From NCBI GenBank assembly GCA_965116475.1, contig OZ220691.1:1280001-1344000 (forward strand): 64,000 nucleotides of DNA, read 5' to 3'. Positions 1 through 9,344 of this stretch are shown one piece after another; position 1 is the stretch's first letter; each line of letters begins with the position of its first letter. The translations under genes and the position numbers were made by a program. Origin of the DNA: Gemmatimonadota bacterium. GTDB taxonomy: Bacteria; Gemmatimonadota; Gemmatimonadetes; Palauibacterales; Palauibacteraceae. The notes under the pieces were generated by a model. The model worked only from the letters and a program-made list of their open reading frames with translations. It searched no databases and was not told where the DNA came from.

Positions 1-657
1 GTGAACAAGGGGCTCGGCTCCCACCGTTTCCGCGTGACGTTCCGGGGCCCCGGCGGGCACTCCTGGGGCGCCTTCGGGATGGCCAGCCCCGCCCATGCGC
101 TGGGCCGCGGGATCCGTCATTTCCAGGACGTGGCCGACACGCTCACGCGATCGGGGCCGCGCACGAGCTACAACGTGGGGCGGCTCGGCGGCGGCACCTC
201 GGTCAACTCGATTCCGTTCGAGGCGTGGATGGAAGTGGACATGCGCTCCGAGAGCGAGGAGAGCCTCGGGCGCATCGACGCCGCCTTCCGGGACGCGATG
301 CGCCGGGCGCTGGCGGAGGAGAACACCCTGCGTCGGACAGGACCGGAGATCGAACTCGAACTGGACCAGATCGGAGACCGTCCCTCGGGAGAGGTCGCGG
401 ACGACCATCCCCTTGTCGAGCGCGCCATCGCGGTCATGCCCCTGTTCGGGGCGGTGCCCGCGCTGACCCGTTCGTCGACGGACTCGAACATCCCGATCTC
501 GCTGGGCATCCCGGCGGTGACGATCGGGAGCGGCGGCATCGGGAGCGGGGCCCACTCGCCCGGCGAGTGGTGGATCAACCGTGACGGCCACCTCGGGATC
601 CAGGCGAACCTCCTCCTGCTGGTGAGCGAGGCGGGCCTGGCCGAGCCCATCCCCTGA
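1..657 (+). CDS. M20/M25/M40 family metallopeptidase, C-terminal part (runs off left edge)
   Basis: GGHSWGAFG, GGTSVNSIP, D-M-R-S, SSTDSN and terminal AHSPGE motifs of M20 dimerisation and catalytic domains. Confidence 0.85.
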   Translation: MNKGLGSHRFRVTFRGPGGHSWGAFGMASPAHALGRGIRHFQDVADTLTRSGPRTSYNVGRLGGGTSVNSIPFEAWMEVDMRSESEESLGRIDAAFRDAMRRALAEENTLRRTGPEIELELDQIGDRPSGEVADDHPLVERAIAVMPLFGAVPALTRSSTDSNIPISLGIPAVTIGSGGIGSGAHSPGEWWINRDGHLGIQANLLLLVSEAGLAEPIP

Positions 658-715
658 AGACTCTACTCCGCTGAAGACTCCAAGGGCCGGGTTCGGGCTC
701 CACACGGCGGCGGCG

Positions 716-2068
716 GTGGTCGTCGCCAACATGATCGGGACCGGCGTCTTCACCAGCCTCGGGTTTCAACTCGAGTCTCTGAGATCCGGGTTCTCGCTGC
801 TCATGCTGTGGGTCGTGGGCGGCGTCGCGGCCGTGTGCGGCGCCCTCACGTACGCCGAACTGGGATCGACGATCCGGCGCTCGGGCGGCGAATACACCTT
901 CCTCTCCCACATCTACCACCCCGCCGCCGGCTTCGTGTCGGGCTGGATCTCGGCCACGATCGGGTTCGCGGCCCCCACGGCGCTGGCAGCGATCACGTTC
1001 GGGACGTACCTGTCGTCCGTCTTTCCAGTGCTTCCGGCCCGGTGGCTCGCGGTGGGGCTCGTCGTGCTGCTTTCGGTCGTCCATGGCCGCACCCACCGCA
1101 CCTCGGGCGGCTTTCAGCGCTGGTCGACGACGGCCAAGGTGGTCCTGATCGTCGCCTTCGTCGCGGCCGGGCTGGCCCTCGTCGGGGAACCCCGGGACGT
1201 CGGCGTGCTCCCCTCGGCGGACGGCGTCTCGAACGTGTTCTCCGCCGGGTTCGCCGTGTCGCTCATCTTCGTGTCGTACTCGTATTCGGGCTGGAACGCC
1301 GCGACGTACGTGACGGGCGAACTCCGCGACCCGCGGCGGACGCTCCCCCGCGCGCTGGCGGCCGGGACGCTGCTCGTGATGCTGCTCTACGTCGGCCTCA
1401 ACTACGTCTTCCTGCGCGCCGCCCCCGCCGAGGAAATGGCGGGACGGCTCGAGGTCGGATACATCGCGGCGGGGTACATCTTCGGGCCGGTGGGGGCCGA
1501 CCTGATGGGGATCACGCTCGCGCTCCTCCTCGTCTCCACCGTGAGCGCCATGGTGCTCGCGGGTCCGCGCGTCCTTCACGCGATCGGCGAGGACTACCCG
1601 ACGTTCCGGTTCCTGAGTTCGATCAACGCGCGCGGTACGCCCGGCGTGGCCATCTTCACGCAGGCCGCGATCAGCCTCCTCTTCATCCTCACGGAATCGT
1701 TCGAGACGATCCTCGTCTTCTCGGGCTTCACGATGGGCCTCAACACGTTCCTGGCGGCGGGCGGGGTGTTCCTCCTGCGACGGCGGCAGGCGTCGGGCCG
1801 GACCGTGGGCGGGACCCCGGACCACGACGCCGACGGCCGGGGGGACGGGGTCGGGGGTCCCGAGGCGGGCGAACCGTACCGGGCGTGGGGATACCCGGTG
1901 ACACCCCTGATCTTCCTGGCGGTCACGGGCTGGACGCTGGCCTACATCCTGCGCGACCGGCCGCTCGAAGCGGGGCTGGGACTGGGGCTCATCGCGGTCG
2001 GTCTCGCCATCTACGCCGTCACGCGGGCGCGCGACCGACGGACAGACGGCCGACGGACCCGCACTTGA
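716..2068 (+). CDS. APC family amino acid permease
   Basis: VVANMIGTGVF, YAELGS..RSGGEY, YSGWNAATYVTGE motifs; about 12 hydrophobic segments; true start may be slightly upstream. Confidence 0.9.
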   Translation: MVVANMIGTGVFTSLGFQLESLRSGFSLLMLWVVGGVAAVCGALTYAELGSTIRRSGGEYTFLSHIYHPAAGFVSGWISATIGFAAPTALAAITFGTYLSSVFPVLPARWLAVGLVVLLSVVHGRTHRTSGGFQRWSTTAKVVLIVAFVAAGLALVGEPRDVGVLPSADGVSNVFSAGFAVSLIFVSYSYSGWNAATYVTGELRDPRRTLPRALAAGTLLVMLLYVGLNYVFLRAAPAEEMAGRLEVGYIAAGYIFGPVGADLMGITLALLLVSTVSAMVLAGPRVLHAIGEDYPTFRFLSSINARGTPGVAIFTQAAISLLFILTESFETILVFSGFTMGLNTFLAAGGVFLLRRRQASGRTVGGTPDHDADGRGDGVGGPEAGEPYRAWGYPVTPLIFLAVTGWTLAYILRDRPLEAGLGLGLIAVGLAIYAVTRARDRRTDGRRTRT

Positions 2069-3045
2069 CCACCCGCACCACAGCCGCCGGATCCACAGCC
2101 GCCACCAGGGATCTGCTGCTGGCGTTTGCCGCCGTGTACCTCGTGTGGGGATCGACCTACCTCGCGATCCGCTTCGGCGTCGAGACGATTCCGCCCTTCC
2201 TCCTCGGGGGAACGCGCTTCCTGGCGGCGGGCGTGATTCTCGCCGTCGTGTCCCGCCGTCGGGGCGCGCCGGTCCCGAAGCCGTCCGAGTGGAGGGCCGC
2301 CACCGTCTCGGGCGTGTTCATGGTCGCGGGCGGCAACGGACTCGTGTGCTGGGCGGCGCAGTACGTGCCTTCCGGGCTCACGGCCCTGCTTGTGGCCACG
2401 GTGCCGCTGTGGCTGGTCGCGATCGCGCGCCTCGGACCGGACCGCGAGACGACGAGCCCGCTGGAGGTCGCGGGCCTCGTGCTGGGGCTGGGCGGCGTCG
2501 TGCTCCTCGTGAGCAGTTCCGGGGCGGACATCGGGATCGGCGGGGCGAGCGCGAACCAGGTGGTGGCGGGGGCCCTCGTCGTCGTGGGGGCGTCGATCAG
2601 CTGGGCGATCGGCTCCATGTACAACCGGCGGGCCGCGTTGCCGCAACCGCCGCTTTATGGCACCGCGCTCACGATGGCCGCCGGGGGCCTGATCCTCGTG
2701 CTGATCGGAGCGGCGACGGGAGAGTTCGGCCGCCTGTCGCTCGGCGACGTGTCCCTGCGGTCGTGGCTGTCGCTGATCTACCTGGCCGCCATGGGGTCGA
2801 TCGTGGCCTTCTCGGCCTACATGTGGCTCCTGCGCAACGTCCGGCCCGCGGCGGCCGGGACGTACGCGTACGTCAATCCGGTCGTGGCGCTGTTCCTGGG
2901 CTGGTGGCTGGCGGACGAGGCGTTCACGCTGCCGATGCTGGCGGGCACCGTGATCATCGTGGCGGGCGTCGTGCTGGTACAGCGGGGGCGGGCGCCGAAG
3001 GGCGGCCCGAGGCCGGCGACCGTGCGGGCACCGGCCTCGAGGTAG
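2065..3045 (+). CDS. EamA/DMT family transporter (YedA-like)
   Basis: VYLVWGSTYLAIR and YAYVNPVVALFLG motifs; TTG start overlaps the permease stop. Confidence 0.9.
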   Translation: MTTRTTAAGSTAATRDLLLAFAAVYLVWGSTYLAIRFGVETIPPFLLGGTRFLAAGVILAVVSRRRGAPVPKPSEWRAATVSGVFMVAGGNGLVCWAAQYVPSGLTALLVATVPLWLVAIARLGPDRETTSPLEVAGLVLGLGGVVLLVSSSGADIGIGGASANQVVAGALVVVGASISWAIGSMYNRRAALPQPPLYGTALTMAAGGLILVLIGAATGEFGRLSLGDVSLRSWLSLIYLAAMGSIVAFSAYMWLLRNVRPAAAGTYAYVNPVVALFLGWWLADEAFTLPMLAGTVIIVAGVVLVQRGRAPKGGPRPATVRAPASR

Positions 3046-3058
3046 CCGCCCCGCGCGG

Positions 3059-3445
3059 TCAGAGGGAGAGCGGAGGCCGGCGCCGCTGCCGCAACTCGGC
3101 CACATACTCCCGGTACTTCTCCATCTGCTCGTCGCTCAGCACTTCGGCGAGCCTGGTCTCCGTCTCCTGCTGGAGTTCCTGCATGAGCTGCATCATGGCG
3201 TTCCGGTCCCCCGACCCGCGCGCGCCCTGAAGACGCTCGCGCCGGCTCTCCGCCTGGGTCTCGAGGATCCCGCGGACCTGCACGACCTGCTCCTCGTCGA
3301 GCGTGAGCCGTTCCGTGAGGGCCGTCACCTGGTCGTCGAGGCTCATGCCGACACCGCGGCCACCCCGCTGAGCCTGAGCCTCCACCGGCGCCGCGGCGGC
3401 GAGTGCGACCATTACGAGAGCGAATGCCCCGATCATCTTTCTCAT
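3059..3445 (-). CDS. Secreted helical protein, Spy/CpxP-like
   Basis: Signal peptide MRKMIGAFALVMVALAAAAPVEAQA; LTLDEEQ and LSDEQ resemble LTxxQ motifs; GGAGG upstream. Confidence 0.6.
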   Translation of the reverse strand: MRKMIGAFALVMVALAAAAPVEAQAQRGGRGVGMSLDDQVTALTERLTLDEEQVVQVRGILETQAESRRERLQGARGSGDRNAMMQLMQELQQETETRLAEVLSDEQMEKYREYVAELRQRRRPPLSL

Positions 3446-3473
3446 CGATATCCTCCGTTTCCTGCGTTCTATT

Positions 3474-3545
3474 CTGCCCGTTCCCCTGCCTGTTCCCCTG
3501 CCTGCTGCTCTGCCTGCTGCTCTGCCTGCTCCCCTGCCCACTTCC
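3474..3545. repeat. 12-bp tandem repeat x6 (CTGCCYRYTSCY-like)
   Basis: ctgcccgttccc ctgcctgttccc ctgcctgctgct ctgcctgctgct ctgcctgctccc ctgcccacttcc. Confidence 0.9.
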
Positions 3546-3734
3546 CCCGACTTCAGGCGCGGGTTCCTCAGTGGAAACGACACGGGGCCCGCCGGAAACG
3601 TTATGGACCCTTGCGCCGGACGCTTCGGATGCGCTCAGCTAGTGTCGTGTCCCGGAAGTACGCGAGCTACCGAGAGTGCCGAGGCGCACGTTCGGCCGCC
3701 GCAACAAGGCCTGGGGATTCGCACGGGGGTTCGC

Positions 3735-5219
3735 ATGAAGATGCTGCTGGGGATTTGTCATCGGTTCCGGATCCGTGCGGCGACGGGAGGCGTCCTGGTG
3801 GTCGCTGCGTGCGTCACCGGGTGCAGGGAACCGCAAACCGTGGCCGAGGACGACGGGGCGGCCCACGAGCGCTCGCACATCGCGGGCATGGCGGCACACC
3901 ACATCTGCTCGGGCGTGTTCGTCGTGGGGCGCGACTACGAGCGTTCCGTCGAGGAGGTCGTGGCGCAGGACATCCGGCGCTTCGAACTGTTCAACTGGCA
4001 GGACGACTTCGAGTACGCGGTGAACTTCGAGACGGGCACCGCCTCCGTTTCGGGAGAGGACTTCGGCACGCGCTCCGCCGAGTACAACGGGGACCAGGGC
4101 TGCACGATCCTGCCGGCCGATCTCGACGACGTGACGTACGAGCCGCGGGTCGTCGAGCGGCTCAGCCCCGACCCGGCCGTCACGCCGTGGCCGACGGGCG
4201 ATGTCGGCGCGTACCACGACCCACCGCCGCCGGAGGTCGACATGGCGGCGCTCGAGGCGGCCCTCGATTGGACGATGGCGCAGACCGAGCACAACACGCG
4301 CGCGCTCGTCGTCATCTACGCCGGCAAGATCCTCGGCGAGCGCTATGCGCCCGGCTTCACGCGCAACACGCCCCAGATCTCGTGGTCCCAGGGGAAGAGC
4401 ATCGCGAGCGCGCTCGTCGGCGCGGCGATCCAGGCCGGTCACCTCGACGCCGGACTCGACGATCCCGTGCCCGTGCCAGAATGGCAGGGAGAGGGCGACC
4501 CGCGTCGGGAGATCCGCATCCGGGACATCCTGAACATGAGTTCGGGGCTCGACTTCCTGAACCTGGGCCTGACGGACTCGCTGTCGTGGACGCACACGAA
4601 CGAACACTTCCGGATCTACTTCGAGGGGATCGATGTGTTCGAGCATGCGATCGACCAGCCGATGGACACGCTGCCCGGCGCCATCTTCCGCTACCGGAAC
4701 TCCGACCCGCTGACGGCGAACCACATCGTGCGGGAGGCGGTCGAGGCGCGCGGCGAAGACTGGCTCACATACCCCCAGCGCATCCTGTTCGACCGCATCG
4801 GGGCGCGGAACTACGTCCTCGAGACGGACGCCTGGGGCAACTTCATCATCACCGGCTACGACTACGGGAGCGCGTGGGACTGGGCGAGGTTCGGCCTCCT
4901 CCACCTGTGGGACGGCGTGTGGCCGACGCCCGATGGCGGCAGCGACCGCATCCTGCCGGAGGGCTGGGCGGAGTTCGTCAGCACCCCCGCGCCGGGCGCC
5001 GAAGCCCTCGAGTACGGTGGGCTGTTCTGGCTCAACCGCGGCGGCTCCCTGCCCCGCGCGCCGGAGGACGCCTACTGGGCGGCGGGATTCATGGGACAGT
5101 ACACGGCCATCATCCCGTCCCGCGATCTGGTGATCGTCCGCCTCGGGCCGAGCCCCGGGAACACCGGCGCCTATCTCTCGGACATCATCGGCGAGGTGAC
5201 GGCGGCAATCGACCGGTAG
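3735..5219 (+). CDS. Serine hydrolase, beta-lactamase-related family, probable lipoprotein
   Basis: SWSQGKS (SxxK), FRYRNSD (YxN), WAAGFMGQ..IIPSRDLVIVRLG; VTGC lipobox-like. Confidence 0.85.
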   Translation: MKMLLGICHRFRIRAATGGVLVVAACVTGCREPQTVAEDDGAAHERSHIAGMAAHHICSGVFVVGRDYERSVEEVVAQDIRRFELFNWQDDFEYAVNFETGTASVSGEDFGTRSAEYNGDQGCTILPADLDDVTYEPRVVERLSPDPAVTPWPTGDVGAYHDPPPPEVDMAALEAALDWTMAQTEHNTRALVVIYAGKILGERYAPGFTRNTPQISWSQGKSIASALVGAAIQAGHLDAGLDDPVPVPEWQGEGDPRREIRIRDILNMSSGLDFLNLGLTDSLSWTHTNEHFRIYFEGIDVFEHAIDQPMDTLPGAIFRYRNSDPLTANHIVREAVEARGEDWLTYPQRILFDRIGARNYVLETDAWGNFIITGYDYGSAWDWARFGLLHLWDGVWPTPDGGSDRILPEGWAEFVSTPAPGAEALEYGGLFWLNRGGSLPRAPEDAYWAAGFMGQYTAIIPSRDLVIVRLGPSPGNTGAYLSDIIGEVTAAIDR

Positions 5220-5301
5220 TGTCGTGTCGTTGTAATGTGTTGTCCCTTTCCCTCGGCGCCCCCGGGGGAAGTCGTCCGGTTCCTGTCGGCAGGAGGCGTC
5301 T

Positions 5302-7899
5302 GTGTACCCCGTGACCCGTTTCCGACTGCGGCTTATCGCGTTTCTCCTCGTCCTCAGCCCCGCGGCGGCGACCGCGCAGGGCTCCGGGGGCGAACTCCCC
5401 TCCATCGAGGAGAAGACGGCCTCGATGCGGGCCATCGACGGCTTCATCCCCATGTACTGGGAAGCTTCGAGCGGCAAGCTGTGGCTCGAGATCTCACGCT
5501 GGGATTCGGACATCCTTCACATGACGGGGCTCGCCTCGGGGCTGGGGTCGAACGACATCGGGCTCGACCGCGGAGCGCTCTCGGGCTCCCGCCTCGTGCG
5601 CTTCCACCGGGTGGGGCCGAAGGTGCTGATGATCCAGCCCAACCTCGACTTCCGGGCGAGCAGCACGAACCCGCGCGAGGTGCGGGCGGTGACGGACGCG
5701 TTCGCCCCCTCCACGCTGTGGGGCTTCACGGCGGCGGCGGAGACGGACGGGCGGGTGCTCGTCGACGCGACGGACTTCGTGGTCCGGGACATGATCAACT
5801 GGGCGCAGCGGCTGCGGCCGGGGACGTACCGGTTCGACGCGAGCCGGAGCGCGGTGCACCTGCCGATGACGATGGGGTTTCCCGAGAACACGGAGATCGA
5901 GGCGTCGCTCACCTTCGTCCGTCAGCCGGGCGGCGGGGGCGGCGGCTTCGGCGGGTTCGGAGGCGGCAGCGGGACGTTCGAAGGCGTCGGGAACGTGGCC
6001 TCGACCGGCGAGGCGGCCACGATCCGTCTCCATCACTCCTTCGTGCAACTGCCGGAATTGGGGGAGTACACGCCGCGGGCCTTCGATCCCAGGGCCGGCT
6101 ACGGAGCCATGAGCTTCGCCGACTACTCGGCACCGCTGGGCGAGGACATGCGGCAGCGGTTCATCCGGCGGCACCGGCTCGAGAAGCGGGACCCGTCGGC
6201 GGCCATGAGCGAGCCGGTCGAACCCATCGTCTACTACCTGGATCCGGGGGCGCCGGAGCCGATCCGGACGGCGCTGCTCGAGGGGGCGCGCTGGTGGAAC
6301 CAGGCGTTCGAGGCGGCGGGGTTCCGGGACGGGTTCCGCGTGGAGATGCTGCCGGACGGCGTGAGTTCGCACGACGTGCGCTACAACGTGATCAACTGGG
6401 TGCACCGCTCGACGCGCGGCTGGAGCACGGGCGGCTCCGTCACCGACCCGCGCACGGGCGAGATCCTCAAGGGGGTGGTCACGCTCGGCTCGCTCCGGTG
6501 GCGGCAGGACTACCTGATCGCCGAGGGCCTCCTCTCGCCCTACGCCAACGGCGACGAGGTGCCGGCGGATCTGGCGGAATGGGCGCTGGCCCGGATCCGG
6601 CAGCTGTCCGCGCACGAGGTCGGGCACACGCTGGGCCTGGGCCACAACTACTACGACAGCAGCCGCGGCCGGATCTCGGTCCTGGACTATCCCCACCCGC
6701 TCGTGACGCTGGGTGACGACGGACGGCTCGACTACTCCGAGGTCTACGACGTGGACATCGGGGAGTGGGACAAGGTCGCGATCGTGTACGGGTATTCGGA
6801 CTTCCCGGAGGGGACGGACGAAACCGCCGAGCTGCAGCGGATCCTCGACGAGGCCTGGGACGAGGACCTCATCTACTTTACGAATCAGGACATCAACATC
6901 CACGCGCGCGCCGACCAGTGGTCGAACGGGGTGGACGCGGCGGCGGAACTCGAGCGGATGATGGACGTGCGGCGGCACGCGCTGGACCGCTTCGGGGCGG
7001 GCGCGATCCGGGCCGGGCGGCCGATCGTGACGGTGGAGGAGGCGCTGGTGCCGCTGTACATGCACCACCGCTACCAGGTGGACGCGGCCGCCTCGCTGCT
7101 CGGGGGCCAGGAGTACGTCTACGCCTTCCGCGGCGACGGGCGGACGCCCATGAAGCGCGTCGCCGGCGAGTGGCAGCGCGCGGCGCTGGGCGCGCTGGCG
7201 CGGACGATGCGGCCGGCGGAGCTGGAGGTCCCGGCTGGTGTGCTTGAACTGCTGCCGCCTCGGCCCCCGGGCTTCGGGCGCTCGCGCGAGATGTTCCCGC
7301 GCTACACCGGGCCGGCCTTCGATGCGGTCACGCCGGCGGTCGTGGCGGCGGACCACACGGTGTCGCGCGTCCTCGAACCGTCGCGGGCCGCGCGGCTCGT
7401 GCAGCAGCACGCGCTCGATCCGAGCCTGCCGGGCCTCGCCGAGGTACTGACCGCGCTGGTCGATGCGGTCCGCCCTGAACCCGACGAAACGCTCTATCGC
7501 ACCGAACTGCGGCTCGCGACCTACCGCGTGCTCGTGGACCGGATCATGGCACTCGCCGATCAGGCCTCCATGCCGCACGTGCGGGCCCTGGCCACCCGGA
7601 AGCTGGTGGACCTGAGAGCCGAGATGGCGGCGAATCCCCCGCCGGAGCGCGACGCAGCCTTCGTGCAGCTGGTCGACCGGGACATCGAGCGCTTCCTCGA
7701 GAAGCCCTCGGCCCCCTACGAGATGCCGGGGACGCCGAACGCGCCGCCGGGCGCGCCGATCGGGGAGCCCGCGCTGGACTGGCTGGCGCGCGACACAGGG
7801 ACCGCCGGCAGCGCCTGGATCGCCGCCGGCCCGGCTGGCTGGGCGACGGGCTGGCTCGGGACTTCGCCGGCCTGTTCGGCCGACCGCCGGAACTTCTGA
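5302..7899 (+). CDS. Secreted zinc metalloprotease (DUF5117/DUF4953 type)
   Basis: Signal peptide; DPRTGEILKG; HEVGHTLGLGHN zinc-binding motif. Confidence 0.88.
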   Translation: MYPVTRFRLRLIAFLLVLSPAAATAQGSGGELPSIEEKTASMRAIDGFIPMYWEASSGKLWLEISRWDSDILHMTGLASGLGSNDIGLDRGALSGSRLVRFHRVGPKVLMIQPNLDFRASSTNPREVRAVTDAFAPSTLWGFTAAAETDGRVLVDATDFVVRDMINWAQRLRPGTYRFDASRSAVHLPMTMGFPENTEIEASLTFVRQPGGGGGGFGGFGGGSGTFEGVGNVASTGEAATIRLHHSFVQLPELGEYTPRAFDPRAGYGAMSFADYSAPLGEDMRQRFIRRHRLEKRDPSAAMSEPVEPIVYYLDPGAPEPIRTALLEGARWWNQAFEAAGFRDGFRVEMLPDGVSSHDVRYNVINWVHRSTRGWSTGGSVTDPRTGEILKGVVTLGSLRWRQDYLIAEGLLSPYANGDEVPADLAEWALARIRQLSAHEVGHTLGLGHNYYDSSRGRISVLDYPHPLVTLGDDGRLDYSEVYDVDIGEWDKVAIVYGYSDFPEGTDETAELQRILDEAWDEDLIYFTNQDINIHARADQWSNGVDAAAELERMMDVRRHALDRFGAGAIRAGRPIVTVEEALVPLYMHHRYQVDAAASLLGGQEYVYAFRGDGRTPMKRVAGEWQRAALGALARTMRPAELEVPAGVLELLPPRPPGFGRSREMFPRYTGPAFDAVTPAVVAADHTVSRVLEPSRAARLVQQHALDPSLPGLAEVLTALVDAVRPEPDETLYRTELRLATYRVLVDRIMALADQASMPHVRALATRKLVDLRAEMAANPPPERDAAFVQLVDRDIERFLEKPSAPYEMPGTPNAPPGAPIGEPALDWLARDTGTAGSAWIAAGPAGWATGWLGTSPACSADRRNF

Positions 7900-7904
7900 C
7901 TCGG

Positions 7905-7922
7905 ACGTTCCCGCGGGAACGT
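7905..7922. repeat. 18-bp perfect palindrome, copy 1 of 3
   Basis: ACGTTCCCGCGGGAACGT in the 31-bp gap between convergent genes; identical at 42596 and 43591. Confidence 0.95.
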
Positions 7923-7930
7923 GGTGAGGG

Positions 7931-9307
7931 TCAGCTGTAGCCGACGGCGAGGGCGATGACGAGGGCGATGGCGCCGAGCGCCATCAGCATGAGGTAGCGC
8001 GGGATGACGAAGCGCAGCCACGACTCGTAGCGGACGCCGCTCGCCGCGAGGATCGCCATCAGCGCGCCGTTGGTGGGCGTGATCAGTTCGCACAGCCCGG
8101 CGCCGTACTGGTAGGCGAGGATCGTGATCTGCCGCGAGAGTCCGAGCAGGTCCGAGAGCGGGACGAGAACCGGCAGCGTCAGCACCGCCTGACCGCTCAC
8201 GCTGGGCACGGCGAAGTGCAGGACGCCCTGCGCGGCGGACATGCCGATGGCCGAGAGCGCGAGCGGCAGGTCGGCGAGCGGGATGAAGAGCCCGCGCACG
8301 ATCGTGTCAATGATCCGCGCGTCATCCATGACCACGTAGATCGCGTTGGCGAAGCCGATGAGCAGCGCGGCGTACCCCATCGACCGGAAGCCCTCCGCGT
8401 AGGCCTGGGCCGTCCCGGTCACGCCGAGCCGGCCGATGATCCCCACCACGACGCCCATGATGAAGAAGAGGGCCGACATGTGGTCGAACTCCCATTCCCA
8501 ACGGAGCAGCCCCAACACGAGGATGGCGAAGGTCGATGCGACGATCGCGAAGATGGTCACGTCCCGAAATCCGAGTGCCCCATCCGGCTCCGACACGTCC
8601 GTCGTCTCCTCCGTCTCCTCCGTCTCGGGCCCCGCTCGGGTGCGGGCGGCATACCGCATCGTCCACCAGATCCAGAGACCGACGGCGATGGCCAGGAACA
8701 CCAGTCGGAACGCCCAGCCCGAGAGCAGCGCCACGTCGGACACCTTCTGGGCGATCTGGACCTGGAACGGATTGATGGGACTGAACGCCGACCCCACGAA
8801 GGCGGAGCCCGCGCTGACGGCCACCCCCACCATCGGCGAGTAGCCGAGCCGCTTCGTGAGCAGCATGAGCGCGGGAACGAGGGGGATGATCTCCTCCTGC
8901 ATGTTCTCGGTCACGCCTCCCGCCGCGAAGGCGAGACAGACGACCGGGATCGCCAGGATCTCGCGCCCCTCGAGCCCCCGCACGAGCCAAGCCACCCCGC
9001 GCCGGAGCGCCCCCGTCGCATCGAACACGGCGAATGCCCCGCCGATGAGAAAGATGAGGAACACGACATCCGCGCGATCCGCCATCCCCCGCGGGATCGC
9101 GACGATCGCCTCGAACGCGCCGATGCGGTTGGGTTCCACCTCGTGGAAGGTCCCCGGCACCACCACGCTGCGCCCCGTTACGGGATCGTCCCGCCGCTCG
9201 TACTCCCCCGCCGGCAGCACGTACGACAGCGCCGCGGCCGCCAGGATCGCGACCGTGAGTAGCGTCAACGGATGCGGAAACCGCAACGATCGGAGCCGGG
9301 GCCTCAC
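7931..9307 (-). CDS. YfcC / DcuC-like (AbgT-related) membrane transporter
   Basis: FPHPLTLL, LPAGEYER, SPINPF, PSVSGQAVLTLP, QYGAG..ITPTNG motifs; GTG start inferred. Confidence 0.85.
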   Translation of the reverse strand: MRPRLRSLRFPHPLTLLTVAILAAAALSYVLPAGEYERRDDPVTGRSVVVPGTFHEVEPNRIGAFEAIVAIPRGMADRADVVFLIFLIGGAFAVFDATGALRRGVAWLVRGLEGREILAIPVVCLAFAAGGVTENMQEEIIPLVPALMLLTKRLGYSPMVGVAVSAGSAFVGSAFSPINPFQVQIAQKVSDVALLSGWAFRLVFLAIAVGLWIWWTMRYAARTRAGPETEETEETTDVSEPDGALGFRDVTIFAIVASTFAILVLGLLRWEWEFDHMSALFFIMGVVVGIIGRLGVTGTAQAYAEGFRSMGYAALLIGFANAIYVVMDDARIIDTIVRGLFIPLADLPLALSAIGMSAAQGVLHFAVPSVSGQAVLTLPVLVPLSDLLGLSRQITILAYQYGAGLCELITPTNGALMAILAASGVRYESWLRFVIPRYLMLMALGAIALVIALAVGYS

Positions 9308-9344
9308 GCGCTTCCCGGTCCTTGTCGCGTGAACCTGCCGTCGC

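Noticed and set aside
808..3045. 745-aa ORF suggesting a long EamA fusion; similar extensions at 24758, 26545, 33057, 59641 and 32630
   Set aside because: Upstream parts are off-frame read-through of neighbouring genes; real starts are downstream
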